Source: Bugula neritina
Lineage: Eukaryota; Animalia; Bryozoa
NCBI GenBank assembly: GCA_964035545.1
Contig: OZ037766.1
Coordinates: 24,482,126 to 24,546,125, forward strand
DNA length: 64,000 bases
Direction of reading: 5' to 3'
Under the pieces are notes generated by a model that saw nothing but the letters and a program-made list of their open reading frames with translations, did not search any database and had not been told where the DNA came from. Of the stretch, positions 53,701 to 64,000 are shown in pieces; the first letter of the stretch is position 1; each line of letters opens with the position of its first letter. A program made the position numbers and the translations under genes.

Positions 53701-56700
53701 ACGTTAGTTACAAGTTATTGTTAGTCCAAAACTGTTGCTGTAAAGAGTTCTAGATTTTGTTCTAACATTCATAGTTCACACCACTTCACTACTTTTACAG
53801 ACTTATTTTCACTAGCAGCTACTCTCTGCTTAACCAGATTCCAGTTATAGTCTTGCTGAATTGAATGCAATTTGGCAATGTGCTTCTAGATAACTATTCA
53901 TGACTGATTTATATGCACATAAATTCCGCTTTAGGTTTATTCATGTCTAATATCTGTTTAGTCGGTTATGAATTTTATATTTTGACTCGTTTCCTGTTTT
54001 GGTTTGTTCCCTGTGTTCGCTTGTCCTTCACTGAGCCCATTACTATCTCTGTTTCAGAGCTCTCTTTGACTACGACCCTACAAAGGATTCTGGACTACCC
54101 AGCCGAGGTCTCGCTTTTAAATATGGCGACATACTACATGTTACAAATGCATCAGATGATGAATGGTGGCAAGGTAATGCAACTCCTATACACTGCAGTG
54201 TTGCATATTTTACTAACAGCTTTTGTTGTAGTGTACAGATGATGATTGAGTTCTAGACTCACGTAACTCCCGCAAGTTTATAGTCACCATCCCTGTGAGA
54301 AACTCCTGGTGGAAGAGGTTTTTGTTAAATCAGGCTAAGGACTTATTCAGATGAGGCACAGGATCAATTATGACTGGATGCTCTTCCTACCATCACCAAT
54401 AGCCTTTGCCAGGGTTCAAACCCATGACTTTGTGTATATGCAGCTATGTTTGGCAGGAGTTGCTGATCATATGACATTCATTTATTACTGCTTGACATGA
54501 TTTATAAGTATACGACTTTTCCTCCTCAGAATTTTCAATGTGATGCAATTAGATGGGGTACTGTTGAGTTTGTCATTGACATCATCTGGTTGGTTAATCC
54601 TTTCTATCTTGTCATTTCATTGGCTGACTGTTGATGTTTTAGGTAAAGTGATCTGTCCAAAGGGCAATGCTGATACAACTGGCATAATTCCCAGCAAACA
54701 GCGAGTAGAGCGAAAGGAAAGGTCAAGGTTGAAAAAGGTGTTATTTAGCGGCAAGAAAGATGGTCAGCCAGGAGATGGTAAGTTTTAGATCAGCGCTATA
54801 GAAACCTTTTACTACTTCAGAATATGAGCTTTTGTGTACGGATGCTGGGACATACTGATATGTGATACATATTTTTTGTAAAAGAAAAAAAGAAGAAAGG
54901 AATATTTAGTAAGAAAATGTCGACAAAGAAGGGAAAAGACTCCAGCTCTGAAGACTTATGTGATGATAGTAAGTTATTGTGTTTTATTAAATATAGTTGA
55001 GTCTATTCCTATATGCTAGGTTTAATTTTAATATTTTATGTTCTAAATATAGCTGGTGGACTTGCCTATTGCTTCAATACAGTTTTAAATTTCTGTTTTT
55101 AATAAGTTTGAAGCAAAGCATTTTTGCATATTCTGCAACTACAAGTGTTTATAGTATAATAACTATTACTTAAAGTCATAATATTACAAAGCAATGTGGC
55201 CCACTATTTGATACTACATTAGATAATTATAGTCTAGTGTCTACAATTACAGCGTTGTGTACATCCAACTTAGCTCTACCAAATATTAAAATTCATTGGA
55301 CTCCCTTATAAGTGTGTACCTGCATACGACTTATTTTAGGACTACGGTGCAAAGCAGGTGGGGCTGTGTAATGCATTTGTTAGCATGGGCATCGTTCACG
55401 TGCTTTTGTTGACTTGCATACTGCCTTCTTTTTAAATAATGCTGGTTTTTTAAGTAACTGAAATAATTAGGTAATAAAGTATATATGTAGAAATATAGGT
55501 ATGGTTCACTAGCTATTAATTAGGGGTTGAGAAAAGGGTAGAACTTATCAATCAAGTTATACAAGTGTAGATTGTAAGGTTTTGGCAATTTGTCTTGTCT
55601 ATTGTTTTATTGGCTGTGAGTGGTTACTTGTGTGTTTCAGCATGTGTTTAAGCTGATGTGCTGTGGGATGCATGAATTTTTGCCTGTTTGTCATAGAAAT
55701 GTTACACATTCTAATTGTTTTAAATTGTCTTGAATTAATTTTAATTGCCCTCTATACTTGATTTATGTTATTTGTGATAGAATTACACATTCTGTAATTT
55801 TTAGCTGACTGTTCCTTTAAAACTCATATTATTGTTATACAAAGTTAGCTTTGTTTAAATAAGTTGCACTTAAATAGTAGCTGGTATAAAAATTGGGTAT
55901 ATTATATTCGAGTTAAAAAGTTTATGGAGTTTATAGGCCTCATTGTTTTGCTGGAAAAGTTGTTGCGATGTAAAATATACCTTTTATAAGGTTAATTTAG
56001 CTTAGTAAGAGTTGTGTGCTCTAATTTTTTATTCCTAATATTTACTAGATAGCGTCTCACAGGAAGATATCCGTAAGTATCGTCTCCCTATCTGTCTCTC
56101 AAATCTTTTGCTGCTGTAACCAAAGGGAGACATTTAACGTGAAATAGCAATTCCAGTTTCTGCAGTTTCACAGATTTTTAATTGAAATTTTCTTCAGCTT
56201 AATCTATAATCTCTTCTTATTTTATCACTTCTCACATCCCATAATTTAATTAGACTTTTCTTAAGCCTCTAACAAATTTCAGTTTCTTTATTCTTTCGGT
56301 AGCTGTATAACAGTCTATTTAGCAGATATTGGTTCTGGAGTTATCTACTCTTCTATCAGGTGTTGGGCTTTCCACTTCTAAACTCTTCAGGCTGGAATAA
56401 TACTTAGTTTTGCTTTTTTCCAATCTCATTGTAATGATAAACTGAACTTTCTAATTTACTTTCAGGAGCAGATGAGCCTATTGTGTCGTATGAAACTGTT
56501 AGCAAGCAGAGCTGTAAGTAGTATCATGTTATCTTTTTGGTTCACTTTTCACTTGATCACTGTGATTGTATAACTGGTTTGAAAAAATATATAACACGGT
56601 TTATTTCTAGTTTTACAAATATACTTTTCATCACATATCGAAGTGAGTGGAAATTTAATTTTGATTAAATTAAAGTTTAAAAAAATCAACAAATCAATTT

Positions 56701-59065
56701 TTTGTGACACCTGCCTGTTTATCTAAATGAAATATATATGCATATATTATTTTCATCTCAAGCGCAAGTTATATTATGTATACTTCAAGTGAACTACACT
56801 AGACCAATCATAGTGCTTGGACATATGAAAGTCAAGGTCAATGATGAACTTATGAGCATGTCACCTGATCTCTTTGGGAGTTGTGTCCCTCGTAAGTTTA
56901 ACCTTTTTACTTTTAATTTAGGATAAAGTTCATTATTCACACAGTTGAGTATGTATTAAAAAATACATGTGTGATTTTGATTTTCGAATATAACAGTCTT
57001 ATAATTCACTCCATTTCTTTAGTTTTGTTATCTTGCCTGCTTACTGGGGATTGTAAGTAGTTGATGAGCGCCATTCATGTGAAGTTACATACTTGATGCT
57101 CACACCAAATTGGTTACTTGCAGATACTAGCAGAGAAAGGAGAGATCACGAGGTAGACAAAGTTCACTACCACTTTGTAGCCTCTCGGGAAGAAATGGAA
57201 CGTGACATGGCTAATCACAAATTTATCGAAGCCGGACAATTTAAAGGAAATTTGTACGGAACAAGTATTGCTTCTGTTAGAGAGGTACGTGTGTTCCGTC
57301 ATATTTTTGATGAGAAGTTTGTTTTTATAGTTCATTCAATGTTGCGAGCGTGGTGTTTTTAAATGGTTCATATGGTAAAATGTTAATTGCGCAAGACAGA
57401 AGATACAGTGCTACTTTGCATGAGCTATGAGTGTAACATAGTTTTTATCACTGTCAGAAGCACTACAAGTATTGTGTAGCGAAGCTCTCTCATTTTTTCA
57501 ACTCTGGTGTATTTATTAACTAATGATTTACTAATTGCTTGCAATTGAAAAGCAGTGTTTTCATATTTTTTCGAATTTTTCGCTGCCAATAGTTTAAATT
57601 TTCCATTTTTGTAGTTCAATTTTCTGGTATATGACTGTGAAATTATTGATCCTGACAATCATAAAAGTTAATAACCATAATGAGTATGAGCAATATGATA
57701 TTAATAAATAATAGCTTATGTATATAATGAAATGGTTTCAACATTAGATCATGTCAGACTCTATAAAAGAGGCTGAAGTAGCTGTATTAGTTCACATTTA
57801 GAATAAATTGATTGATTCTCAATTTATTTTCGCCAAAATAGGTTGAAACTTCCTTTTAAAAGAAAAAAGAAAATATCACAAAATTGCCCAAGCTATTAAA
57901 ATTAGCAACCAAATACCTTTTTTACCAACATTTCATAGCTTGCACAGCAAGCACCTTGTTTTCAATGTCATTTATTGATTTTTTCATCATAACAGGTGGC
58001 AGAAAGTGGCAGACACTGTATACTAGATGTCAGTGCAAATGCTATCCAGCGTTTACAGGTTGCTGAACTCTACCCCATTGCTATATTCGTGAGACCTAAA
58101 GGAATTGAGCAAATTAGGTATGCTGTTCATTCTATAGTCAACATGGATTATCTATTCTAAAATTAGAATCCGTAAAGATCTTGTGTTTTTATGAAGAAAA
58201 TGTGATACAATGTTTTATAATTGTAGTAGTCTATGCATATGTAATATTACAGTTTCAATCTTTATATTTTTTGCTTGTAGCTGTGGTGTCAATTTTTTTC
58301 TTATCTTATGGAGTATAATAATCTATAATAATTGTCACAGTATTAACATTTCGATAAAGTGAGTTTTGCACAGCACTACATAGTTATAAGTAATTGTATT
58401 TTTTTAAATGCACGAATAATTTTCTAAACATAATATTTTGTTTGGAGTATTTAGTATATTTTGCGTTAATTTTGCAGAGAAAGTAATAAAAGATTCACAG
58501 ACCTGCAAATTAACCAGGAGTACCAGAAATTCTTAAAGCTCGAAGCAGAATATAGCGAGCATTTTACAGGTGAGAATATAGCGAGTATTTTACAGGTGAG
58601 AATATAGCGAGCATTTTACAGGTGAGTTGGTTGACTGAGTTCTGACGATTCTGCTTATTCAAGTTGTCATGTTGAAATCTGAATATTGTTAATCAACAGC
58701 CTGTAGTCCTATAATTAAAGCACTACCTTGACTTAGTAGCTAAAAATAACTTTATTTTACCCAAGATTGGTGTATTTGTCAACAATAAAATTGCTTATGA
58801 AATTAGTAACAGGTAAAACATATTACTTGTGTATGCAGTTTGTAATAAGTTGACCACTAGCTATTTTACTGGTCGTATTTTTGCTAGACTCCTTTTTAGG
58901 GTATAGGTATATGTTATTAAAAGAAATACCTACTGATGCTATTTTTCTGTTTTCTCAGCTGTGGTCGAAGGTGACACTCTACAGGAAATCACAGATAGAG
59001 TTAATGAAGTTATCCAAGAGCAATCAGGTCCTGAAATATGGGTAGCCACTCAGGATGCAAGCTAA
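32720..59065 (+). CDS. DLG1: Discs large MAGUK (L27-PDZ1-PDZ2-PDZ3-SH3-HOOK-GK), ~23 exons
   Basis: Starts MPVKKE|[20 protein letters not shown]|DIQEFYE (L27; exons 32720-32738, 32981-33109, 33969-34114). Pro-rich exons 35177-35332, 36026-36134, 36287-36426. PDZ GLGF exons 36719-36843, 37721-37890, 38200-38336, 38998-39132; linker 39737-39801; PDZ3 48538-48719, 51860-52031. SH3 ALFDYD..DDEWW 54058-54173, 54643-54777. HOOK 54885-54968, 56049-56072, 56466-56513. GK 56790-56891, 57124-57284, 57996-58117, 58478-58569, 58959-59065 (EQSGPEIWV..stop). Confidence 0.97.
38364..38833 (+). repeat. 20-bp minisatellite (AGTAGTGCTTACAGTATGTT), ~23 units
   Basis: Direct reading; starts ~30 bp after the PDZ2 donor at 38337. 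Confidence 0.9.
39802..40178 (+). repeat. 21-bp minisatellite (GTGACTGTAATACAGTGTACA), ~18 units
   Basis: Direct reading; the first unit begins at donor GTGAGTAATACAG (39802). Confidence 0.9.
44230..44800 (+). repeat. 15-bp minisatellite (TCTCTACTCTGTATG) with 11-bp variants
   Basis: Direct reading; produces the spurious ORFs at 44195, 44205 and 44242. Confidence 0.9.
45487..45829. mobile_element. 343-bp MITE with ~70-bp TIRs, copy 2 (inverted relative to copy 1), in a DLG1 intron
   Basis: Same TIRs; the interior is the reverse complement of 9305-9647 with only a few substitutions; flanks TAA/TTA. Confidence 0.85.
46905..47121. mobile_element. Decayed TIR element (possibly piggyBac-like MITE)
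   Basis: CTAACCCCCTAGACAC..TGCCCGAGCT versus AGCCGGGCA..TGTCTAGAGGGCTAG form imperfect inverted ends resembling TTAACCC..GGGTTAA. Confidence 0.35.
48195..48510 (+). repeat. Degenerate ~14-bp repeat (TGCAGGAGTGTAGA-like) upstream of the PDZ3 acceptor
   Basis: Direct reading. Confidence 0.75.
52341..52528. mobile_element. Fold-back element with subterminal GGTAAAAATGGCAC repeats
   Basis: Three direct GGTAAAAA(A)TGGCAC units on the left mirrored by TGCCATTTTTA(CC) units on the right. Confidence 0.6.
54258..54434 (-). mobile_element. tRNA-derived SINE copy, 5'-truncated
   Basis: Shares CAAGTTTATAGT..ATCCCTGTGAGAAAC..GGCTAAGGACTTA..GGCACAG..AATTATGACTGGAT..TCACCAAT with 26791-26982; retains the B-box region but not the A box. 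Confidence 0.7.
58548..58625 (+). repeat. 26-bp x3 tandem duplication spanning a DLG1 exon/donor junction
   Basis: GAATATAGCGAG(C/T)ATTTTACAGGTGA repeated three times. Confidence 0.9.
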
Positions 59066-59370
59066 TGCCCTCAACTTTGGGCTCAGATGCTTGTAATAGA
59101 TCAACAATATTCTTCGCAGTGCACAATCTGACAACCTGTCACTGGCATGTTGTAACAGGTGTCATGTGCTCATTAGCTAGTAGTTGACAAACTGAGCTAA
59201 GTTTCAGCAAGTATGTGCAAGGTGCTACTTGGGTGATTTTTACTGTGATTATTGTATACAATATGAAACACATTCCTTGTAAATTAAAAAGTTGCATGAT
59301 AAATCAACTGGTGCAACGTCACTTTGATAGTTTCAAGTCTTTAGTTTGAATACTTATTTTTGTAATTAGC

Positions 59371-59452
59371 TTTTAGTAGACCAGCTCGTTTAGTAGGCCA
59401 GCTCGTTTAGTAGACCAGCTCGTTTAGTAGACCAGCTCGTTTAGTAGACCAG
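59371..59452 (+). repeat. 17-bp tandem repeat (GTTTAGTAGACCAGCTC), ~4.8 units, in the DLG1 3'UTR
   Basis: Direct reading; lies between stop 59065 and AATAAA ~59628. Confidence 0.85.
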
Positions 59453-59943
59453 GGGTTTGATGGTGAATGAACGATGGAAAGTTGTCAGCTTCAAGTTTTA
59501 TGCAATGCTTATGCTTTTTATTTAGTGGAAATAATTATTTTGTACATATATTGATTGGTTATTAGTATTCTTATAATTTTAGTATCACTTCATGCTATAA
59601 ACTTGATTATGTTACTTATATTAACAAAATAAACGTATGTATTATAAATTAGAAATAGTGAGCTTTAAAAATGACGGATAGCACTGATTTTTTTTAAAAT
59701 ACAGCATTTTCTAGTTAGTATTATGAAAAACAACAATATGGCTGAGGTAAGAAGTGGCTTAATCTCTAGACTTTGGTGATGTGAAAAAGGGCAATCAATT
59801 ATAACCATATATGCTATGGCTCACAAACCTAGTAAGATTTTGCCAACTCTGCATCTGTATAACAAAATTATGAGGCATAATTAACTTTAAGGTTTGTGTT
59901 CTCTCATTCACAAAATTGTAGCTGTAAAGCTCTGCATTCATTG

Positions 59944-60138
59944 ACTCCTGCTCACACAAGTTTATAGTAACTATCCCTGTGAGAAAACCCCTGGTGGAAA
60001 GTTTTTTGGTAAATCGGGCTAAGGACTTAATTAGATGAGGCACAGGAGCAATTATGACTGGATGCTCTTACTAACGTCACCAATTGTCTATGACTTCGTG
60101 CTTACTACGCAAACGCTCCAACCCCTAGACTACGACTG
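59944..60138 (-). mobile_element. tRNA-derived SINE copy (B-box segment deleted)
   Basis: Same body; retains AACCCCTAGACTACGACT (A-box end) but lacks the GGGTTxxAACCC segment. Confidence 0.7.
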
Positions 60139-62162
60139 CTCCCTATTCACTGACTAATGCATATACTGCGTCATTAGAATATTATTATAATAAAAGAGTT
60201 ATCTTCCTTACAATAACCCTAGAACTGGATTTCAACTGCAATAAAATCTTTAACGAGCCCAACATAACATTTTAATACCATGTAAACCACCGTTTCATTC
60301 GCCCTAAATATAAAAGCTATATTCCGGTGCTGGTACAATACCCTCACAGTGCAACAATTACAATATCAATATTATTGTTATTATTTTTATTAAAACTACT
60401 AATGAATATAATAATAATAATAATAATATAATAATAATAATAATGTTATTTACTTTGCAGTACATTATATGATTAATTATTAAATTTAAAATTTGCATGC
60501 TAATCAATCTGAGTCTAGTTTTAGTGTGCTGCAAGTGCAAGTTAAACTCAGACTGAGACTGATTTTACTTGAAGTTGATTCTTAGTTTTGCTAATACTAA
60601 TAGTAATAGTAATAGTTATACTAATCCTAAGTCTAGTAGTATAAGTATTAGTTGTGGCTACTGTAAAAGTAACAGTTAGTGTTACAGTAACATTTGCACG
60701 TACAGTTACACCAACTGTCACTCTAAGGATTAACTCTAAGTGATAAGTCTTAGTCTAAGAGTAAGACTAAGAGTAAAAGTAAGTCTGAGTCTCACTCTGC
60801 CTATTAGTATTTGTAATTGTATCAGTATCACTATGACTATGGTAATGCTATTAATTAAGGGTGCTAGTAGTCTATAAAGTCTGGTAATTTACCCACTGTC
60901 GTAGTGTTGCTTCTATAATAAATAATTGCAGTTATACTTATACTTATACTTATACTTATAGGAGCTCGAATTGAGATTCAGATTGAGAGTGATAAACCTA
61001 ATTTCTAAGTTTAAGTGAAAACTGATCGTATTTGAGCATTCACACTGCCTTATAGTTATTACTAGTGGTGTTACTTTTAATCATCATGGCTATTAAATTG
61101 CTCATATAATTATGTTTAATATTATTACTGTTCTAGAATAAAAGTCTTTTTCATTGTACACCGTACACAGAGACTAAGAGCAAGTATAATTCCAACTCTT
61201 ACTCTTAACCTTAAACATCAATTGTTGTGGTTATAATAATAATAATGATATTGTTAAGATGATACCAACTTATAGTAATTTAATTAAAATTTGTCCTTTA
61301 TTATTCAATATTTATATGGTAAAATAATGATATAATACACTGATATGAAAATGTAAATACACAATAATTTCTAATGAATTAGTTTACATTAAATTTGATG
61401 TAATTGATTTAACATCATAATCAGTAAGTTATCATTGATAGTAACTTTAACTAGAAGACTAAAAACTTTTAAAATAAGAATATGAAAATTTGAGTTTAGG
61501 ATTATTTTTAGACTCATTACTATTGTATATAATTCTATTATGTAAGTTTATGTTATTTATATTGAATTTATAACATTAAAATGTCTATATTGTTAGTTAT
61601 GTTAGTCCAAATAATAATAAAACTATATCATTATTATCAGGAAACAAGTTTAAATTTGAATAATTATTTTCACTCGCACTGATATTAAATCATTATATTG
61701 GGCCTAGTGAAGTGACTAAATAGTGTATTCATGGCTACTGCGGTTGGGATATCTTATCATATTTGATAATATAAACTAAATATTTGAGCTCAACCCAAAA
61801 AAGATTTACACCAGCCTTCAGTTTAAAATTAGAATTATATGAGTATTTGTACTCTTACTAAGACCATTGTATACTTCAGCTTACTTCAACTGTTAAGCAC
61901 TTTGTAGTTTTACACATATAGTTGCAACCAATCTTTTTACAGGGTTATAAAATAAACAAATAGTTTAAATTGAACACATTCAGTAACCTTTACATTGGAT
62001 TTTTAATATATGTCAATATTTGTATTCATAATATTCAGCTATTGAATATTTAATATAGTTTGCTTAATTCTGTTTTATAGTGTTGTTTTGTTATATAAAT
62101 TTTAAATGTAAAATTTGTTTTACAGAAATTGCAAGTGTTGAGCAACTTCACTAATTTATAAG

Positions 62163-63210
62163 ATGCCTAGTTCAGACGAGCAATTTATACCTCCTACACC
62201 AGATGAAGTTCTGAGCATAAAATTTTTAAGCTCCAGTTGGTTTCAAGGAGCCTTGGCTGTAGGTGTTACCGGGTTAGTTTTCAGAAAAGCTAGGAGATGG
62301 AACGTTACCAGGTAATACGTTAGTAATGAAAATGTATTAATTTTTATGACACCCTTATATAAGTTAATTATAGTTAGACAAAGAACCATGAGCCATTTAA
62401 CATGGTTAATACGAAAGCGTTAACATGACTCCCATATTTCAAATGGCAGATTTTAGAGGCACTCCTAATACAGAAGCTTATGCCAACTGTGTCTGTACAA
62501 TAGACTTCAGCGGTAATGAAGCTTTTAACCCCATCAACTTTAAGATCTATAAATAGGCATATCAACTCTGATATAGCTAAGGTAGCATACATTTTGGCCA
62601 TGGAAATAGATGCTAATAGAAATGTTGATTTTAACCCCATATTATTTATTTTACCATTAAACTCGTTGAGGAAAATAAAAAAATGCATCTAATGATGTTT
62701 TTCATATTTAATTTCATAGTAAAGTTACTTGCCACTAATAGTGGGATTGTAGGTGAAATTTTGGGGTACCCTAGAAATTTTTACTGTTTTGGTTTAACAT
62801 GTAAGCAAATTTTACCTTTTATTTATTTTATGCAGCACCATGTTGATTTTAGATTTACTGTTTATTTTTCAATTGCAAGAGTGCTCCAATAATTACTGTT
62901 GTTTATATTAATTGTAAATACTGATGTAAAAAAATACATATATCATCAAAAGATATTTTTATTGTCAATTGCTTCTAGTTGAACCACTCACTACCTCACT
63001 AATTCACTGCCATTTATTTTCAGTTTTGCTGCGTGCTGTGTATAGTGTATAGTATATGAGTTCTGATAGCTATAATAGGTTGATCACTTTCTTTGTTTCA
63101 GATATAATGCTGATGTAGAAACTGCAAGACGCCTGGCTGCTAGGCAGCTCTCTTTGCAGCGAAAAATTAACAAGGATGGGCTTGCAGCTGTCTCAAAGAA
63201 GCCATTGTAA
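62163..63210 (+). CDS. Small (85 aa) putative single-pass membrane protein, 2 coding exons
   Basis: 62163-62311 (MPSSDEQFIPPTPDEVLSIKFLSSSWFQGALAVGVTGLVFRKARRWNVT, donor GTAATA) joins in phase 2 to tttcAG|63102-63210 (RYNADVETARRLAARQLSLQRKINKDGLAAVSKKPL*). An acceptor at ~62125 implies a 5'UTR intron; AATAAA at ~63318. Confidence 0.6.
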
Positions 63211-64000
63211 CATTACTGCAAACAATTATGTCGGCTTTGTTGAAGATTAAGAATCTGTTTATTAGTTATAAGTTACTGAAAGTGTAAATTCTTTGTTTGA
63301 AAAATTAGTCTATTTTGAATAAAAAGTGAATTTTGTGGTTTGCCAAGTTTTGATGATGAGTTTTACCAACTGTAATTTTATATTTTTATTTAGTGTACAG
63401 ATGATTATTATACATGCAGTATGTAGCAGCTTTCTTGTTTTTGCTAAAACTATGGGAATAAATTCAACAACAAAAATTTTTTTTAGGCTCGTTTGTCCAG
63501 CAAGCCATAAGCTGTGTTAAAATGCTCATTGAAATTGCTTTTATCTCAAAGTTGCTAGATTTAGCTGCACCTAGTGTTTCATAAATTGGTCACAATGTAT
63601 TGGTGAATCAACAAAATAATGTTCAGAAGTAGTGAATACCCTCAGTATTTTACAGCAATGTAATTTTCTTTCTAAATCCAATTTTAATAATAAGAGTCAT
63701 TTTCTGCTGATAAAAAACTTGAGGAAAATTTAGCTCACAAAACCTGCATCAATTTCTAAACTAAAAATAAAAAATATCTAGAAGTTGTAAGCTCCTGTAT
63801 ATGGATGGAGTTGTTATCTCAATAATGAACAACCTTGGTAACTGACCTAACAAGCGCTTAATGTGCGCTCCAGTATACTTTCTAGCTATTCTAATAATTA
63901 GCTCTAGTCAAGAAATCGATATTGAGACGTCAATGTGAACCTTGGTCGGATTTTACCCAATGTGTTGTTAGAGGTTAATTAGTTGCTTCAAAATAAATAC

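Overview
AT-rich, intron-rich animal (invertebrate-type) genomic DNA; the species cannot be identified from the window. I assembled five protein-coding genes by hand from GT-AG boundaries with consistent exon phases. (1) + strand, 1672-18879, 13 exons, ~1219 aa: an uncharacterised type-I membrane protein with a signal peptide, a TNFR/BCMA-like Cys module, a Sushi/CCP-like domain, a TM helix and a ~1000-aa low-complexity cytoplasmic tail. The tail carries two beta-TrCP-type degrons, Thr-rich and His/Met repeats, and C-terminal amyloid-motif-like pseudo-repeats. (2) - strand, 20346-22627, 2 coding exons, ~518 aa, convergent with gene 1: a bacterial-type GlnD/DUF294 nucleotidyltransferase with intact catalytic motif. 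(3) ZRSR2 (minor-spliceosome U2AF35-like factor), - strand, 24074-30960. (4) Discs large (DLG1, L27 isoform), + strand, 32720-59065, head-to-head with ZRSR2. (5) A small 85-aa single-pass membrane protein, 62163-63210. Introns hold MITE-like elements, a tRNA-derived SINE (3 copies) and many minisatellites, several of which begin at and re-copy 5' splice sites. Hexamer-periodic A(C/G)TAAT islands cluster at gene 5' ends. The most novel candidates are the animal DUF294 nucleotidyltransferase and the adjacent orphan receptor. All domain calls come from motif recognition, not database searches.
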